From: a virus
IMG/VR virus record: IMGVR_UViG_3300012929_000004
Length of the DNA: 56,831 nucleotides
Strand: one strand, 5' to 3'
Shown here: positions 1 to 7,213 of the stretch, in pieces
Position numbering within the stretch: position 1 is the stretch's first letter
Layout: each line of letters opens with the position of its first letter
Translations under genes and position numbers: made by a program
Notes under the pieces: generated by a model
What the model was told of the DNA's origin: nothing
Database searches by the model: none
The model's input: the letters and a program-made list of their open reading frames with translations, nothing else

Positions 1-123
1 CTTTTTTAGGGAGCCTATTTTCGACTATAGCGAGAATAATCAGGCGTGCCGGCTCGGTTGGTTGTGCGGCAAATTCCGCAGGGCTCTCACCTTATTTATG
101 GAATAATCATGATTCGATATCCA
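1..123. repeat. Terminal direct repeat, left copy (identical to 56709..56831)
   Basis: Compared by eye: cttttttagggagcc...gattcgatatcca is the same string at both ends of the window. Confidence 0.9.
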
Positions 124-453
124 GAAGAATTTAGACAGGATGGTCACTATGGTGACGATGGGGTTTTTAGTGTCCCTTGCGAGCAGATATACTTTCTTTG
201 CATAGCTTCGCACTACTATGAATGGGAGCATGTTTCAGTATCGTTGCGTAACTATAGGAAACCGCGGTGCCCGACATGGCCAGAAATGCATAGAATAAAG
301 GAACTTTTCTGGGAACCTGAAGATTGCGTTATGCAATTACATCCACCTAAGTCACAATACATTAACAATCATCCCTATTGCTTGCATCTATGGCGACCAA
401 CGGCAAATGGGGAAGCTATACCAATACCGCCTAATATTTTAGTGGGGGTATAA
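46..453 (+). CDS. Conserved hypothetical phage protein; start uncertain (GTG 46 or ATG 109)
   Basis: ORF with blocks GDDGVF, WEHVSVS, CPTWPEM, LHLW that I recall from a widespread uncharacterised phage family. A 1-nt gap separates it from the next gene. Its 5' end lies inside the terminal repeat. Confidence 0.6.
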   Translation: MPARLVVRQIPQGSHLIYGIIMIRYPEEFRQDGHYGDDGVFSVPCEQIYFLCIASHYYEWEHVSVSLRNYRKPRCPTWPEMHRIKELFWEPEDCVMQLHPPKSQYINNHPYCLHLWRPTANGEAIPIPPNILVGV

Positions 454-454
454 T

Positions 455-1009
455 ATGCATCAAACTTGGTTTACTTCAGACTCTCATTTTTCGCACCAAA
501 ACATCCTTCAGTTCGAAGCTGAAGCTCGTCCATTTGCCACTATTGAAGAAATGAATGAAGCTCTTGTGGGGTGTTGGAACTCGGTAGTTAAACCACAAGA
601 CAAAGTTTATCACTTAGGTGACTTTTGTTTTGGCGGTAAGCAGAATATAGCTATTGCTGATAGACTTAACGGCAATAAACGATTAGTCATGGGCAATCAT
701 GACCAGTATCCGGTAACTGAGTATGCTAAATACTTTCAGAAGATATATGGCGTTAAATTTTGGGATGATTGTATCCTATCACATGTTCCGGTGCATCCTT
801 ACAATATGCAAGGTGAAAAGAGACGATGTGTGTTGAATATTCATGGCCATCTTCATTCAAAAATAATGCCGTCACCATTATATTATTGTGTTAGTGTTGA
901 ACAGAATAATTTAACACCTATCAATGCTGATATTATTAGGACAAGAGTTATAGTTTTAAAAATGGCGGAGAGGGATGCGGAGAGAGATAATGACTTACAA
1001 CAATGGTGA
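455..1009 (+). CDS. Calcineurin-like metallophosphoesterase
   Basis: Ordered metallophosphoesterase motifs SDSHFSH, HLGDFCFGG, GNHD and HGHLH in a 184-aa protein. Confidence 0.8.
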   Translation: MHQTWFTSDSHFSHQNILQFEAEARPFATIEEMNEALVGCWNSVVKPQDKVYHLGDFCFGGKQNIAIADRLNGNKRLVMGNHDQYPVTEYAKYFQKIYGVKFWDDCILSHVPVHPYNMQGEKRRCVLNIHGHLHSKIMPSPLYYCVSVEQNNLTPINADIIRTRVIVLKMAERDAERDNDLQQW

Positions 1010-1310
1010 CTTAAGATGTGATGCAGATGGCTATAAAGCTATTTATAGTGATGGTAAATGGGTGTCAGCAGGTAGAAGACATCTGCTTAACTGGGCTACT
1101 AGTCATGGCTTTGACGGTAATGGTTGCCAGTTTACTATGCATTATGTTCCTGATAATTGGACACCATGTGAAGACTTAAAGAATGAGCATGTGAAAGCGC
1201 TTAAAGTAGAGCTGGATGATTGGCGTAAGCTGCGTCAGCTTAAAGAAAAGTTTGCTATAGCTGAGAAGAGAGTGTCAGAAGAGTTAGATGTTGAAGCAAT
1301 TGCAGAATGA
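990..1310 (+). CDS. Hypothetical protein, tandem paralogue A (PCEDLKNEH motif)
   Basis: ATG at 990 has the SD ggagag 5 nt upstream, which is better than the track start at 975. Shares DG..A.Y.DG and PCED..NEH with the next gene. Confidence 0.55.
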   Translation: MTYNNGDLRCDADGYKAIYSDGKWVSAGRRHLLNWATSHGFDGNGCQFTMHYVPDNWTPCEDLKNEHVKALKVELDDWRKLRQLKEKFAIAEKRVSEELDVEAIAE

Positions 1311-1567
1311 GTGATAAGAAATATTATAAGTGGGACATGCGCTGCAATGCTGAAGGAGTTGTAGCTGTTTATTGGAACGATGGCTGGATTCCTTATTTCT
1401 CCAAAGGATACACAGGCGACAATATCCCTGATTTTGAACCATGCGAAGATATGAATAATGAACACTATAGAAAGCTTATTAGAAACTGGAAAGAGTTAGG
1501 GCGCAAAGGATTCAGGGTTGTTTCTTATGACGAAGATGGTAATAAGATTATTAAAGCAATCTCTTAA
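1307..1567 (+). CDS. Hypothetical protein, tandem paralogue B (PCEDMNNEH motif)
   Basis: ATGA start/stop overlap with the previous gene. Paralogous motifs. Confidence 0.55.
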   Translation: MSDKKYYKWDMRCNAEGVVAVYWNDGWIPYFSKGYTGDNIPDFEPCEDMNNEHYRKLIRNWKELGRKGFRVVSYDEDGNKIIKAIS

Positions 1568-1994
1568 TCTCTTCAGTTAATTTATTCTTTAACTCTTCCA
1601 ATGCTTTCTGAGACTCTTTCTGACCATTCTCAAGAGCAGGGCTATAGGTTCGCATCTTAGGCTTGCATAACAATACAAGTCCCTCATAATGAATCCTATC
1701 GGCACTTATCGTATAGCCGCTATCTTTGATTAATGGCTGATGTTCGCTAGCAAGTGCTGGCATCCATCCTTTATCGCGACAATATTCAAGATTAGCGCTA
1801 TCGCCTTCTTTGCCGCGAGTATCAATGGAATATCGTGCGAAATAATAGTCTTTGTCGGAATGCAATAAGTGTGCTGGTGGATTTAAGCCGTAACAATCGC
1901 TTCCTGTGAAGATGGTGCGCAGCCTAGTTTCAAGCTCATCCCTTGGGAAAATTGCTGATATAGTATTGGTTTTTATCTCTAGCTCTTTAGTCAT
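1551..1994 (-). CDS. Hypothetical protein, GW-P..A..H-P paralogue family member
   Basis: 147-aa ORF. Shares HSDKDY...KGWMPALASEHQP...GLVLLC with 1987..2436 and with 10089..10616. Confidence 0.6.
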   Translation of the reverse strand: MTKELEIKTNTISAIFPRDELETRLRTIFTGSDCYGLNPPAHLLHSDKDYYFARYSIDTRGKEGDSANLEYCRDKGWMPALASEHQPLIKDSGYTISADRIHYEGLVLLCKPKMRTYSPALENGQKESQKALEELKNKLTEEIKRLL

Positions 1995-2436
1995 CAGCCT
2001 TAGCCTCTAATCTCTTCATTCCTGGTGGCAACGCAAGTATTGGCTCTTCCGTACTGCTCTCCAACGGTAAATTCTCTCCATCATATTCCTTAATGTTTGG
2101 TCTCCACATCAAGGCGTAATCTTCACAGAGAATGCAGTCACTCTTAATTTCGTAACAGGAATAAAATTCAAAATCCTTTAGGTTTGGATGCTCAGATGCC
2201 AGGGCTGGGACATACCCTATATCTCTTGCTGACGAAAGGGTTTGTCTGTCTAGCTTATCGTCATCTTTATAGTTTACCCATATATAGTCCTTATCTGAAT
2301 GAAGATGTGGGCCAAATGTTCTGAACTTAGGGTCCGGGTCATACCTTGAAGCAATACTACCTCCAAAATTAGGGGTAGAATAAGAACCGCTAGACATGCG
2401 TGCTATGCCGCTCATTGATATCATTTCTTTAGTCAT
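1987..2436 (-). CDS. Hypothetical protein, GW-P..A..H-P paralogue family member
   Basis: 149-aa ORF with HLHSDKDY...IGYVPALASEHPN. Overlaps its neighbours by 8 nt, which fits an operon. Confidence 0.6.
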   Translation of the reverse strand: MTKEMISMSGIARMSSGSYSTPNFGGSIASRYDPDPKFRTFGPHLHSDKDYIWVNYKDDDKLDRQTLSSARDIGYVPALASEHPNLKDFEFYSCYEIKSDCILCEDYALMWRPNIKEYDGENLPLESSTEEPILALPPGMKRLEAKADD

Positions 2437-2686
2437 CTATTGTCCCCGCTATTGCCTTAACTTCTTCCCCAAGTAATTGTTGTTTCTCTTCAGCAAACTC
2501 TCTTAACCATTCTTCCCTTACAATATCACCATCATCATTTTCCCAATAATAAACTAATGACTCAAGTGTCTTGGGGTCACAAAAAGCCATTTTATGAAAC
2601 GCCTCACCATGCAGCGTCATGGTATTAACTTTTCTAGTAACATAACCACTATTAATAAGGCTTATAATAATTTCACTGTTATTCAT
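2429..2686 (-). CDS. Hypothetical protein
   Basis: 85-aa ORF with an ATGA overlap to the upstream gene. Confidence 0.5.
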   Translation of the reverse strand: MNNSEIIISLINSGYVTRKVNTMTLHGEAFHKMAFCDPKTLESLVYYWENDDGDIVREEWLREFAEEKQQLLGEEVKAIAGTIDD

Positions 2687-3276
2687 TTACTATTCCAATC
2701 TAAAGAATTAATCAACATCAAGCCATCTTTCTTTACTTCAGACGGTGGATTTAGAAATACTTGCATAGCTTCAACATTAAAAGGCTCGCAAATATAATGA
2801 TAACCGTTAGGCGTTTCATATTTGTGTGCAACTGTTATATTCTCTGAATAACAATAATCATTTGTCTGGCCTAATATTCCAGGCTCTTTAGTGTCCAAGT
2901 CAATCAGATAGTATTTTCTAATCCTGCTTTCTGGCTTCATCAGGCATGAGATGAATTGATTCTTAACATCTATGTGAAAATACCAATCTTCTAGGAATGG
3001 TTTATACATAGCATCAATCTGCTTATGTTTAAATAATTTAATGGCTTCGTTCATATTTCTAGGATTAATACAGGCATATAAGCGAATATCAGCATTATGA
3101 ACATGATTTTGCTGGTCTATCAAAATTTCAATGTTTTTATTATATTGCTGAACATTCTTAGATATCAGTTTATTAACCCAACGCTTAGAACTTTTATGGC
3201 TATTTCCGACGCCGCGATTAATAAGCATTTGCACATGAACGCCTTCTTTTAGGAAGTCTGGTGGATTGTTATTCAT
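2683..3276 (-). CDS. Hypothetical protein with prim-pol-like motif pair (YLIDLD ... TPNGYHYI)
   Basis: The track start at 3297 is TTG. The ATG at 3276 overlaps the upstream stop (ATGAATAA). Function is inferred from two short motifs only. Confidence 0.6.
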   Translation of the reverse strand: MNNNPPDFLKEGVHVQMLINRGVGNSHKSSKRWVNKLISKNVQQYNKNIEILIDQQNHVHNADIRLYACINPRNMNEAIKLFKHKQIDAMYKPFLEDWYFHIDVKNQFISCLMKPESRIRKYYLIDLDTKEPGILGQTNDYCYSENITVAHKYETPNGYHYICEPFNVEAMQVFLNPPSEVKKDGLMLINSLDWNSK

Positions 3277-3457
3277 TGTAAGGACTGCTCGATTCAATCA
3301 CCGTTACTTCTTCGCCTAATTCTTCGTCATAATCAACATGAATCCCTCTTATGGTTGAACATTCATGAATAGGTGTATCAATATGGTCGCGCATCACAAC
3401 CAGCATATCTTTATCTTCATATCTAGATAATAATTCAATCAATTCTTTAACTTTCAT
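3269..3457 (-). CDS. Hypothetical protein
   Basis: 62-aa acidic ORF with an ATG start, in operon context. Confidence 0.5.
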   Translation of the reverse strand: MKVKELIELLSRYEDKDMLVVMRDHIDTPIHECSTIRGIHVDYDEELGEEVTVIESSSPYNE

Positions 3458-3531
3458 CTGCCATCACTCCATACCGCCCATAAAGCTATCCCCATAACAA
3501 TACAAGCTATTAGCAACCCCATGTATAACAT
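3454..3531 (-). CDS. Micro-ORF, single-pass membrane peptide (25 aa, MLYMGLLIACIVMGIALWAVWSDGR)
   Basis: Hand translation. Its stop overlaps the next ATG (ATGA). Too short for the ORF track. Confidence 0.3.
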   Translation of the reverse strand: MLYMGLLIACIVMGIALWAVWSDGR

Positions 3532-3541
3532 TTATTTATCT

Positions 3542-3700
3542 CTATATTGGCCAAAACTTCTCAGTTATCTTATAAGCTACATAAATCCAGCCTAATAATG
3601 TTTCAAAGAATATAGACCAGAACCCATTATCTAAATGCCAAGCCATTCCTAATGCAAGACAATGGCCGCAAGCTGTGTTGATTGATATGCTTGTAGTCAT
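3542..3700 (-). CDS. Small hydrophobic protein (52 aa), first gene of the leftward operon
   Basis: Hand translation MTTSISINTACGHC...GFWSIFFETLLGWIYVAY. Strong SD ggaaggag lies 7 nt upstream of the ATG. Preferred over the overlapping track ORF 3627..3815. Confidence 0.45.
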   Translation of the reverse strand: MTTSISINTACGHCLALGMAWHLDNGFWSIFFETLLGWIYVAYKITEKFWPI

Positions 3701-3728
3701 TTAATACTCCTTCCAATAATGGTGGAAT

Positions 3729-3755
3729 ATTATAGTAGATACACATACGTGTCAA
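3729..3755 (-). promoter_or_regulatory. Sigma70-like promoter for the leftward operon (TTGACA-N15-TATAAT)
   Basis: Both hexamers are perfect on the minus strand, about 30 nt upstream of the 3700 start. The 15-nt spacer is short. Confidence 0.4.
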
Positions 3756-4107
3756 GAAGTGCAGCAATAGGTTGGAATTGCGCCAACTTCCAGAATTTTC
3801 CGATATTTGACTCATGAGGCTAATTTTTCACCTCAGTCTGCACTCTTAGGGGGCTTACCGGGTGTCTGTGTTCAAACCCGTTTGACCCTCGACGGTCTCT
3901 TGAAAAGATGAACTACTTCCTCTCTCATCTGGCGCATCACCACCGTTACCGAGTTAATCGACGTGTCACTGTCCGCGTCGCTATTGCTGCCACGCAAGTA
4001 TAGCAACTATCCGGAAATCCCGGATAGTTCAAAACCATTCGCAATTCGCGAGTAGCAAACAAAAACTGTTATAAGGGGGATGGCAATCTGCCGCGCTCCT
4101 TTTATTG

Positions 4108-4180
4108 TCAGGCGTAGCTCAACGGTCTAGAGCCCTTACTTGTCGTAGGGAAGATGCGGGTTTGAATCCCGTCGCCTGGC
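4108..4180 (+). tRNA. tRNA-like gene, non-canonical anticodon arm (anticodon probably UGU, Thr)
   Basis: Hand fold:
- acceptor tcaggcg/cgcctgg
- D arm gctc-aacggtcta-gagc
- T arm gcggg-tttgaat-cccgt
The anticodon arm is either cctta/taggg with loop cttgtcg (C at position 37, no nucleotide 26) or a 6-bp stem with a 5-nt loop. No encoded CCA. Confidence 0.55.
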
Positions 4181-4639
4181 GGCCAGCCATATACCACAAA
4201 TAATTGCTGCTTTCAATACTTAGAGCTGCCCGTTACATGCAGAGGGCAATCTCTCGCAATTAATTTACAATTATTATTGATTGATTATTTCAGTATTTTT
4301 ATTGTTTTTATGTTGATAAATATAACCTATAAACTATTTCTTAAGCCCGCGTGGCGGTAGGCTAAAAGTTCCCGGATATATGTAGCCGGGAATTCCACTC
4401 CTTAAATAGGTCGCAAATTCAAAACAGTTCTCGACTAAAAGGGAGAACCTCAAAAAATAACTGAGGTTTTCTGCTTAGTTGTACGGATAAATCGTACAGC
4501 TGCCTATCAAGGATTCCTTAATACCGCCCTTCCATTATTTAGCCACCTCAACTATACTGACCTTGCTAATATTATCCTGTTAGTCAAGCGCGCACGCGCT
4601 GTAATACTTTTGGTTTAATTACTGAGGTTTGCTAGCAGG

Positions 4640-7213
4640 ATGTCTAACCCGTCTCCTCTTAATCCCGCTGCACAAAATGCACCATTTTCTCGTGGGCCTA
4701 ACTCTATTGCTCGGATTGCACCTCAAGGCTTTGATATGGGTAGCCAGGATAACTCTGGGGAAGATGAAACGTCCCCAGAGGCTACTTCTAACTTCTACGC
4801 TAACCTTGCCGAAGATATCTCAGAAGAAAAGCTTTCCAGTATTGCAGCTAGGTTACTAGATGATATTAAGCAAGACTTAGAGTCCCGCTCAGAGTGGGAA
4901 AACACCATGACTCTGGGTATGAAGTATCTAGGTTTTAAAGTGGAAGAGTTCCGAGACGTGCCATTCATGCGCGCCTGCTCTGCTGTTGATGCGACCCTAT
5001 CGACTGCCCTATTGCACTTCTATTCGACAGCTCGTGCTGAATTATTTCCGGCTAGCGGACCTGCTCGCTCAGAGATTATCGGCAGCCCAACCCCTGAAGT
5101 AGAAGACCAGGGTGAACGCGTCAAGATGTTCATGAATTGGTACCTGACGGTTAAGGACAAGGATTACTATTCTGACTCAGAACGTCTCATCATGTTTGTT
5201 GGCTTGATGGGGTGTGGTTTTAGGAAAGTCTATCAAGACCCTATAGTGAGTCGTCCCTTAGCCCGCTTTATCCCTCCCCAAGACTTCATTATCAATAACC
5301 ACGCCACTTCTATTAATAGCTCAGACCGAATGACTGAAGTGGTCTTCTTAAGCCGTAAGGATGTATTGCTCAGGCAAGCTTCTGGTGACTTCATTGATTT
5401 TGACTTACCTAAACTCTCAGATGATAACGATGAAGAAAAGTCAAAAGTCAGCAAGAGCATCTCTAAGATGGAAGGCGTTCAAACGGATGCCCATGAGAAC
5501 AAATCTTTATTCAAATTCTATGAGTCCCACGTCAATATGGATATTGATGACGTGGAGCCAAAGAAGAAGCGAGGAAAGGTAAAAAACAAGGACCGTGACA
5601 TTCCTCGTCCCTATATAGTCACCGTATGTTGCGTGACTAAGAAGGTGGTCTCTATCAGACGGAACTGGAAAGAGAGTGATGATAAGTACGAACGTATTGA
5701 GCACTATGTTCATTACTACTACTTACCAGGGTTTGGCATTTACTCATTGGGTCTATCCCAAATCATGGGTTCAAACGCCATTACCCTAACGAGCATTACG
5801 CGGCAATTGGTCGATGCTGCAACGCTTAAGAACTTCCCAGGTGGGTTAAGGATGCGAGGGATGAGCATCGAAAATAACGACAAGGCTGTCGGTCCTGCTG
5901 AATGGTTGGAAGTTGAAACCGGTGGAATGTCATTGGCTGAATGCATCATGCCAATGCCCTATGCTGAGCCATCCGCGGTTCTATTAGAGCTCAGAACGCA
6001 ACTCAAGCAAGACACCGCTACATTGGTCTCCACTGCGGAAACGGAAATTCCGGAGATGGGTAGCAACATGCCTGTAGGGACTACGCTGGCATTGTTAGAA
6101 GTGGCCAATAAATTACAATCTTCCATATTACGCTCACTACATGTTTCATTAGGATATGAGCTTCGCTTGCTCTTTGAACTGTTTGGCGAATATTTAGAAG
6201 AAGCCCCTTATCCGTTTGCAGTACCAGGGAAAGATACTGCCATCATGAAGAAGGACTTTAACGATAAGGTAAGCATTGTTCCGGTATCAGACCCTAATGT
6301 ACTGACGAGTACACATAGGTTAATGCGCAATGAAGCATTGCTTAAATTAGCGCAATCTAATCCGGAAATCCATGATATGCGGGAAGCCTATCATCGGATG
6401 TATCAAGCAATGAATGTTGACAACATCGACAAGCTATTGCCTGAAAAGCCAAAGCCAATGTCGATTGACCCTATGGCTGAGAATATGCTGATGCTAGCAG
6501 GGAAAGAAATCACTGTGAAGCTCTTCCAGGACGACGACTCACACATTTCGGTACATCATGCATTTTCTCAGAATCCATTAGTCATGGGGAACCCGCAAGT
6601 TTATGCGACAGTATTACTGCACGAACAAATGCATAAATCTTTCAAAGCCTTCAAGACTATTTTCAAGCAAAAGAAAACCCAAGAAATAGAACAGCAGATT
6701 CAACAACAAATGCAACCACTTATTCAGCAACAAATGTTCATGCTGGAGTCACAAGGTATTCCTGCTGATGCCGCCAAGCAAATGCTGCAACAACAAATGC
6801 AACCACAGCTAGAACAAATGCTTCAGGAACAGGTAGCGAAAATCCAATTACCAGAAATACCGGATGAACAAGTACAGCAGTTAATCGCTGACCCTGAAGT
6901 GCAGAACATGGTTGCCAAACAAGATGCAGAAGCGCAGGCCGCTGAAGCAAAAGCCGCAGCCGAAAAAGCAGAGCAACAACTTAATCCTGACAAAGTCATG
7001 GTCATGGAAATTGGACAACGTAGGGAGGCGTCACATCTGAAGGATGAAGCAGACAAACTTAAAGCGGAAACGGAAGCCTTTAAAGCACAACTTAAGTTTG
7101 AATCTGAAACGGCTAAAACGGAAAGCCAAAGAGAAATTGCCAGCGAGAAGCATGAAGTTGATATCGCGCTCGCTGAGCATAAATCAGTACAACCACATGT
7201 TGGAGCAATATAA
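4640..7213 (+). CDS. Portal protein candidate with a long Q-rich / A-E-K-rich C-terminal extension
   Basis: 857 aa and the first gene of the late operon. It lies upstream of the scaffold-like and capsid genes. No diagnostic motif was verified. Confidence 0.65.
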   Translation: MSNPSPLNPAAQNAPFSRGPNSIARIAPQGFDMGSQDNSGEDETSPEATSNFYANLAEDISEEKLSSIAARLLDDIKQDLESRSEWENTMTLGMKYLGFKVEEFRDVPFMRACSAVDATLSTALLHFYSTARAELFPASGPARSEIIGSPTPEVEDQGERVKMFMNWYLTVKDKDYYSDSERLIMFVGLMGCGFRKVYQDPIVSRPLARFIPPQDFIINNHATSINSSDRMTEVVFLSRKDVLLRQASGDFIDFDLPKLSDDNDEEKSKVSKSISKMEGVQTDAHENKSLFKFYESHVNMDIDDVEPKKKRGKVKNKDRDIPRPYIVTVCCVTKKVVSIRRNWKESDDKYERIEHYVHYYYLPGFGIYSLGLSQIMGSNAITLTSITRQLVDAATLKNFPGGLRMRGMSIENNDKAVGPAEWLEVETGGMSLAECIMPMPYAEPSAVLLELRTQLKQDTATLVSTAETEIPEMGSNMPVGTTLALLEVANKLQSSILRSLHVSLGYELRLLFELFGEYLEEAPYPFAVPGKDTAIMKKDFNDKVSIVPVSDPNVLTSTHRLMRNEALLKLAQSNPEIHDMREAYHRMYQAMNVDNIDKLLPEKPKPMSIDPMAENMLMLAGKEITVKLFQDDDSHISVHHAFSQNPLVMGNPQVYATVLLHEQMHKSFKAFKTIFKQKKTQEIEQQIQQQMQPLIQQQMFMLESQGIPADAAKQMLQQQMQPQLEQMLQEQVAKIQLPEIPDEQVQQLIADPEVQNMVAKQDAEAQAAEAKAAAEKAEQQLNPDKVMVMEIGQRREASHLKDEADKLKAETEAFKAQLKFESETAKTESQREIASEKHEVDIALAEHKSVQPHVGAI

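Noticed and set aside
3627-3815. 62-aa minus-strand track ORF upstream of the leftward operon.
   Set aside because: Its start lies upstream of the predicted promoter and 14 nt from the nearest SD-like sequence. The alternative 52-aa frame (3542..3700) has a strong SD and a membrane-protein-like sequence.
4108-4180. The tRNA-like gene read as an attP core, implying a tRNA-targeting temperate phage.
   Set aside because: No integrase, excisionase or recombination directionality factor is present in the genome. The element is a full-length tRNA-like fold, not a 3' fragment.
4446-4475. The hairpin AACCTCA-9 nt-TGAGGTT followed by ttttctgctt, considered as an intrinsic terminator for the tRNA-like transcript.
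   Set aside because: The stem is only 7 bp and AU-rich, and the T-run is interrupted. That is too weak to list as a feature.
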